A DNA stretch of 61,764 nt, counting the filler. It is 6 parts of 6 records of this genome, joined end to end, with 100 filler letters (N's around TTAATTAATTAA, not from the genome) between each part and the next. Parts side by side here need not be neighbours in the genome. Positions count along the whole stretch, not along the records: positions 54,690 to 61,764 come from SRR2962707_5000; 5 more parts are not named here. One strand, written 5' to 3'. Below are positions 55,102 through 61,764 of this stretch, one piece after another (positions within the stretch are counted from its first letter, which is position 1; every line of letters starts with the position of its first letter). A program made the position numbers and the translations under genes. The notes beneath the pieces were generated by a model, which ran no database searches, was not told where the DNA came from, and saw nothing but the letters and a program-made list of their open reading frames with translations.

Positions 55102-58100
55102 ATGCTCAGTGGATTATGCAGGCGGTCTCTGTTCACGGCGCTGCAGCCGCGCCGTGTGTTGCCACTGAGGACGCTCCCTGCCTCGCAGCGTGCCAGCCTC
55201 ACCAAAACGCACCAGCTTGTTGAGAGGAATGCCGTCCCAAGTCTCCGTTTTTTCGCCAGTGCTGGTGCCACTGACAATGTGTCTCTGTCGGCACGGAGTG
55301 CAGTCATCGACGACAGGCTCAGCAACGATGTGAAGACCCTGGGGGCCCTGCTGGGGGAGTCAATTCACCAAGAAGACCCGGACGTATTCGAGTCCGTGGA
55401 ACGCCTTCGAAGTCTTGGCCGAGAGTGGCGCCGCAAAGACGGCGACCCGAAAGCTTTTGACGACATGGTCGAGGATGTGAAGGGCATGTCCAATAAAAAA
55501 CTGCTCAGTGTTGCCCGGTCTTTTGCAAATTTTTTGTCGTTGTCTAACTCGACCGAGACGCACCATAGAGTGCGCAAGTTGGGGGAAGCTGAGGCGGAGT
55601 CAGGTAATTTGTTATTGAGCATTGCTTCGGTTTTGTTTGGTGTGCGTGTCAAAATAAGCAAACATTCCGTTTTGTTCAATCTTCATACTCCTTCAGAATT
55701 TAATGAAGATTTTTCTCATGCGGTGTGTGTTTGACATGTGAAGGAACGGACTTGCCTTTGTGGGCAAAAGATGACTCGTGCGGAGGAACTCTGCGACGGT
55801 TGGTCCAAGACGAAGGTCACAGCCGTGAGGACGTTCTGAAGGCGCTGGCAAAGCAAAGTGTGGAAATTGTGTTGACGGCCCACCCAACTGAAGTCAACCG
55901 CAAGACGATCTTGAATTTCCACAAGAAGATCCGGGAGCTTTTGCACGAAAACGACCAGGTTTGTTGACTTCGTCGCGTAGTGCGTTGCTTTGGGAGCCTG
56001 TGACCCATCAAACCCACGCATTTATCTGGCTTGGCTGATTTGCTTGCTTGCTCGTGTGCAGCCACATCTTTCAAAATATGCTCGTCGGCGTGTCAATGAA
56101 AAACTGGATTCACTCGTGCAGTCGCTCTGGCACTCGGACGAGCTGAATCGAAAGAAGCCGACGCCAATGGACGAAGCGTTGGTTGGTTTTAACGTTGTAG
56201 CGAGTGTTCTGTGGGATGCCGTGCCGGGATTTCTGCGCAAGTTGGACGATATCAGCCGCCAGGAGCTGGGCGAATCGTTGCCGCTTGGCATGGCCCCAAT
56301 TCGTATTGCGTCCTGGATGGGTGGGGATCGCGACGGAAACCCTAACGTCACGCCTGAAATCACGCAGAAGGTAGGTCCCGCGTGTGCAGGCTTGCAGTTA
56401 TTGCCAAAAAGCCAATAATCCTGGCTCAAAGCTTTCGTGAAAACGCATCAGCTGAAGTGAAAATACATCATGATCATTGCATACTGGATGGTGTGGTTAC
56501 TCGCAGGTGTCCATGATGTCCCGCTGGTTTGCTGCAACTTTGTTTCTGGAAGACATTCAAGAACTCCGCCGCCAGCTCTCCCTTCGCCATTGTTCCGACG
56601 AATTGCGAAACCGCACCAAGGTTTGTTCGTCAATATTAATTGAAAGGAGCACATGATCTCAACGCCTTCCATTTCTACAACCTTCCCGTGTTTCTTTTCT
56701 GGACGGCCACAACCTGATGATCTGCTTTGTGGAATGCTGAATTGCAGGGTGCTCAAGAGCCCTATCGCGAGTTGCTCAAGGATCTTGAAGCCCGTCTCAT
56801 GACAACAGTGAATTGGACTCTGAATGAAATGGGACAACCGGCAAGCTACACGGTTGGTGGACTTGGGGAGTACGACCACACCGAGGTGCGTTGGGAGTTT
56901 TTGTGTGGACATTACATTGGAGAATGAACCATCGTGTGGAGTTCGCGACGTGAAGAGTTGACCACATGCATGGCAATTATTTGTTGTGCAGTTCGTCAAG
57001 GAGCAAAGCCTTGAGCCTATTGTTGACTGTGAGGAATTGGCAGAGCCACTGCAGCTTTTGTACCAGTCTTTGATTGACACAAACTTGGGTTCCATCGCCA
57101 ACGGGTACGTGCACCAACGCGATTGTTTTTTCACATGCCATACGCAACACTGAAGCATTTCTTGCAAAGTTTGCTCGACCCCTCTGTTCGAGTGGTGCAC
57201 GGTTGCATGTCTCTAGTGTCTTGCCATCATGTCATGAAAACCTGTGATTTTGACTCTTGATTTTGCATTGTTGCTCGTGCTTTTTGTGCATTCAGCCCTC
57301 TAGTGGATACGATTCGTCGAGTTGCGGCATTTGGAATGGCCCTTCTTCCTCTTGATTTGCGACAGGAGAGTGGACGTCATTCAGAAGCACTTAACGCCAT
57401 CACTGAGCATCTTGGGCTCGGATCGTACTCGTCGTGGACCGAGGACGAGCGTAGGACGTGGCTTGTGCAGGTACCTTGATGACCACTGCCTGTTCACGCT
57501 TGCTTACGGATTCGTCGCCTGTGCGCTCGCAAACCGCGTGCTGCATCAAAAGCTGTGTGGCATGTTTTCTGCCGTTTTGCTTCTGTTGGCAGGAGCTTAC
57601 GTCGAGACGTCCGTTGTTGCCGTCAAGCTGGGATTTCAAAAACGACCTCAACTTTTCTTCCACTGTAGTCGACACTTTGGAGACGTTTCGCCTTGCGGCT
57701 AAGCTTCCCAAGAAGTCTCTTGGCGCCTACGTTATTTCGCAATGCCAGCAGGCGTCTGATATTCTTGCCGTGATGGTCCTCCAGCAGAATGCAGGGTGAG
57801 GATCAGCTTGGATTAGGACTCATTTTGTTCCCTCTCTTGAGTCGTTGTTGATCCAGTGTTTGCGCCCTGATTCTTATTATTTGTACTGTATTGTGGCTGG
57901 GCAGTGTTCGCCGGCCGCTTCGTGTTGTACCGCTGTTCGAGACCCTTGACGATCTTCAACGCGCTCCCGACACCGTCGATGCCCTTTTTTCAATGCCAGT
58001 GTACCGTGAGCGCATTCGTGGAAAGCAAGAAATAATGGTGAGTAGCAAGCACATGATTATTTTTGCCGAGCGGTATGCACATGAGCTGGCTGTTTCGTTT

Positions 58101-59850
58101 CTCTCGTAATGTAGATTCTTTGTCGAATTGAACGCAGGTTGGATATTCCGATTCTGCCAAAGATGCTGGGCGACTCGCCGCTGCATGGGCACAGTACAAT
58201 TCACAGGTGGCAATGACGGAAGTGGCCGCCAAGTATGCAACCGAAGAATCACCAAGTGGGGTTGAACTCACGTTCTTTCATGGAAAAGGCGGCACTGTAG
58301 GCCGTGGTGGTAACCCTGCTCTGTACGAGGCCATTTTAGCCCACCCGCCCGGTGCGTCTCTTGGCTGCGTTTCTACGGCTCGGTGCAGATAAAATTGCTA
58401 TGCTTATCACGGTGGGTGCCGCGTTTATCTTATTGGGAAATGTTGTTGCGCGCAACAGGCACGGTCCAAGGCCGTTTTCGCATCACTGAGCAAGGTGAAA
58501 TGATCACGCAGAATTATGGGCAGGTGCCAATTGCAGAGAGAACGCTCGACCTCTTTACAGCTGGGGTATTGGCAGAGCAGTTTGTGAAGCGGTAATTGCT
58601 CGCACTCACCCATTTGTTGTGATTGGGGCTTGGGGCGTTGGCAAGAAGGCATCACAAATTTTGCGGCGTGCATCCTGCTCTTGATTTGACAGTCCTGTGC
58701 CAAAACCAGAGTGGACAGACTTGATGGAGCGGATGTCCGAAGTATCTTGCGCTGCCTATCGCAAGGTATGATGGCGCTGATGGCTGCAACCTCGTGTTTG
58801 CACATTTGTTGACAGTGATGGTGCGTTTGTCTTCTTGTTGCCGTTGCGTGCATTTGTGACTTGCCTTTTTCCTGCGGTATCAAAGGTCGTCCGTGGAGAA
58901 GAGCGTTTTGTTCCCTACTTTCGCAGTGCCACGCCAGAGCTCGAGCTGGCAGGACTGAACGTTGGATCACGGCCGGTAAGATGGCCGCCTGTCGCAGTGA
59001 CAGTGCTTGGTACACATAACCGTTTGCGCCAACCGATTGACTTGATTGAAATTCCGTGGTGCATCTAAAATAGGCTAAGCGGAACCCAAAAGGTGGGGTG
59101 GAGTCGCTTCGCGCTATTCCATGGGTATTTGCATGGACCCAAACCCGACTCAATTTGCCGACATGGCTTGGCGTTGGCGAAGGACTAAATGAGGCGTTGC
59201 AAACCTCGCCAGAAACCATCAAGGACATGCAGCAAAATTGGCCGTGGTTCTCCACGCTCATCGATCTATTGGAAATGATTTTGGTCAAGTCGGAGATTCG
59301 CGTTGCCGAAAACTACGACCGCCAGCTTGTGTGCGTTTCTGATGAGCTTGCCACTTATGAGAAATCGTGTGTCGAATGGGTCATTTTATTACTGTCGTTG
59401 TTAATTGCGTGTGTTGTTTTTGCTGGGCTCCTTGCAGTCGAGATGAACCATCAAAACAGCTGGGGAGGGAGCTTCGTCAAAAAATGCGCGAGACTCAAAA
59501 AGCTGTTCTTGCGGTATCTGGGCATGAACATCTGCAACAACACAATGAAGTGAGCAGGCTTGCGATGGATTCATGTGTGGACGTTGTTGTTTTTTGCCCT
59601 GAGCAAAGTTGTGACATTGGCGTGCTTTTTGTGGTGACCCTTGCTCTTGTAGTTACTGCTGCACAGCCTGACAGTCCGCAACCCGTACGTGGACCCTCTC
59701 AATGTGATCCAAGCCGAACTTCTTCGACGCATGCGACAAGCAGCTGCCAGCGGCGGTGACGCTCTCACGCCCGAGCAGCAGGCAGTTCTCAACGATGCCT
59801 TGCTCATTACTATTAATGGTGTTGCCAACGGAATGCGCAACAGTGGCTAA
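55102..59850 (+). CDS. ppc: Phosphoenolpyruvate carboxylase, spliced (16 exons, about 992 aa), with an N-terminal presequence
   Basis: [59 protein letters not shown]-terminal MRNSG; 15 GT-AG introns (55604-55743, 55959-56061, 56371-56506, 56621-56747, 56886-56991, 57105-57295, 57471-57592, 57796-57904, 58038-58137, 58352-58458, 58592-58692, 58766-58885, 58976-59073, 59331-59437, 59550-59652) give a 2979-nt frame. Confidence 0.95.
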
Positions 59851-60006
59851 GCTTTGATTGCATGCGCATGTAAAGTCGAAATAAACTTTACTTGCTTGCT
59901 AATTCTGCGTCCCCGTATGCTGGCGGAATGCGAAACTCATGTTGTTTAGCCGACAGAGTGGCACAAAAAAACAAACAAAAAGTGCACTGCATTGCTCTAC
60001 TTTTCG

Positions 60007-61711
60007 TTAAAAGTCACTGCCCATAATGTCTTCCAGAGAAAACTCTTCGTCCTCCTCAGGAGCGTCCTCACCATCCCACGGCTCGACATCCTGAACAGCA
60101 GCCAATCCTCCAGAAGGCAATGGGCGAATGCCAGCCGCGCCAGTGCCCAGGCTGATGAGGAATTGGCCAACTTTCTCCGTCGAAAAGGCACCCTTTGCAA
60201 CTGCATACCTGACAAAACACATGATAGCAACATATTTTAAGGCACTAGGACCTGTTCTGCTGGGAGGCACCATCAATCAGGGCTTGGAATTGGTTGGTCA
60301 ACATGCATGCGAGAAATGAAAAACTACGAAAAGCTGCGCTTACAGATTTTTTCCACGGTGCACGGCGGCAACTGCAGGGAAGCCGAACGTCAAGCCTAAT
60401 TGCTCTTCTAGGGCAGGTTGCGAGCCACCGGCTGCCCACATGTAATTGAAGAGTCGGCGATTCTTGTTTGCCACACCTCCGAACGTTTCAAGGTAAGCAT
60501 TGCGTCCTTCTTTTCCGCTGTCGTAGATATCGGGAAGGAAGGCCAAGATGCAGACCTTGTCGTCGGTGCAAACCTGCGGAACCGCCACCGCAAAATGGCG
60601 TTGGGTCAATCGAAAAAATGACCAGCACGAAATTCTGTTGTTAAAAGTAGCGCTCATCGAACATACGCAGAAAGTGTACCTCATCAAAGCTGGCGTTGCC
60701 CGTCAGCTCCTTCAATTCAACTGGGCCTTGGGACTCCTCAGCCAACACCTGCGCAAATGCAATGAGATCGGCAGCTGTGCGACCGCCCTCGTAGGCTTCC
60801 GCATGCGAATCCTTTGTGGCTTCTGGGCGGAAAACCTGGTCGAGGTGCATCAGATATGCATGGCCAAAAAATAGGAGCAAGCGAACAGTTATGCGCGTTC
60901 CTGCACAATCGCTTCACTTGCGCGCAAACAATCGGAGGTGTGCCAGGTGTGACCGAATGATTGATTGCAATGGCAAATCGAATTGTACCTTGAGCGTTGG
61001 GTATCCTCGAACCTCAAACCGATTCGCCAGAGCTCCGTGCGCAGTGGCATCGACGGCACCAAACTTGACACCTTCGCCTTCCATCTTCGCCGCCGCGCGT
61101 GCAAATTCCGGTGCTAAATTCTTGCAATGACCGCACCACGGAGCGTAGAACTCCACAATCCAAGCGTCACTGCCCTTGAGCACTTGCTCCTTGAACGTCG
61201 CCTCCGTCAGCTCAACAACAGCCGACGCCCCACTGCCGCTGCCACCGCTTCCACCTCCACTTGAACCGCCCTTCAGGCGCGTTTGAGCCACCTCACGAAG
61301 CTGCCCAAGCGTGTAGTCAATGATGCCGCTCGCGTCGCGGGCTCCTTGATAGTCCTTGGCGTTCGAGTCGCCCGGGAGGAAGATTTTGATCGTAGGGAAG
61401 CCGCTGACGCCGTATCGACTGGCAAGCGGCGCATTTGCTTCCTCTGTCGCGTCCACAGCGCCTACTCCCACAATGCCTTTCAAGGCAGTTGCCGCCTTCC
61501 TCCACTCAGGAGCGAGGTTCTTGCAATGCCCACACCATGGCGCGTAGAATTCCACGAGGTACGGCTTCTCAGCCTGAAGGACGGTCTGCGAGAAATCTTT
61601 CGCACTTAAGCGCTCGACATCATCCGACGAGGAGTAGAGAGCAGACGCAGGAGAGGCGCAAAAGAGCGCGGTCGCAGCGAATGCCGCCAACAGACTCGCA
61701 AAAGAGCGCAT
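60007..61711 (-). CDS. PDIA6: Protein disulfide-isomerase A6 (P5) homolog, spliced, about 436 aa
   Basis: Signal peptide then ALYSSSDDV; two EFYAPWCGHCK domains; b domain (CILAFLPDIYDS, GFPAV); acidic tail; introns at 60836-60988, 60574-60679 and 60209-60343. Confidence 0.92.
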
Positions 61712-61740
61712 GGCAATCAAACACTGATCTGCCGTAGGAA

Positions 61741-61764
61741 AGATCGGAAGAGCACACGTCTGAA
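61741..61764 (+). other. Untrimmed Illumina TruSeq adapter
   Basis: AGATCGGAAGAGCACACGTCTGAA. Confidence 0.98.

Noticed and set aside
55102..59850. Fragmented PEPC ORFs as a pseudogene or alternative genetic code
   Set aside because: Fifteen canonical GT-AG introns restore an intact 2979-nt frame in the standard code

Overview
This window is not one locus. It is six unrelated contigs joined by artificial 100-nt linkers (N44-TTAATTAATTAA-N44), and it ends in an untrimmed Illumina adapter, as expected for a concatenated marine metagenome or mixed-culture assembly. (1) 1-20488: marine gammaproteobacterium (Marinomonas-like by gene order and style; inference) with rpsA, trmO, the conserved proA-nadD-rsfS-rlmH-mrdA-rodA-mltB-rlpA-dacA-ybeD-lipB-lipA cluster, speA, an ABM-fold/RimJ fusion, a double cupin, parC and a pair of complementary bacterioferritin subunits. 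(2) 20589-30035: intron-containing protist DNA with a NEK kinase converging on a RELCH/KIAA1468-like gene that carries extra C-terminal modules. (3) 30136-37685: Bacteroidetes gatA-mltD-(OMP)-DUF4837-maeB-ruvA. (4) 37786-44632: Bacteroidetes rplT, a 1977-aa T9SS-secreted Ca-binding repeat protein and a partial tRNA-Asp followed by a degenerate copy of its own 3' end. (5) 44733-54589: Marinobacter-like rplQ-uvrA-yajR-ssb and the start of an MSHA pilus operon. (6) 54690-61764: protist DNA with a 15-intron PEP carboxylase bearing a mitochondrial-type presequence, converging on PDIA6. I found no CRISPR array, transposase, integrase or defence system, and no clearly new multi-gene system. The best leads are the degenerate ABM-RimJ fusion, the tRNA-Asp 3' repeat with a T-loop insertion, the modular T9SS adhesin, the RELCH domain accretion and the mitochondrial PEPC. 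All family and taxon calls come from motif recognition by eye, not from database searches.
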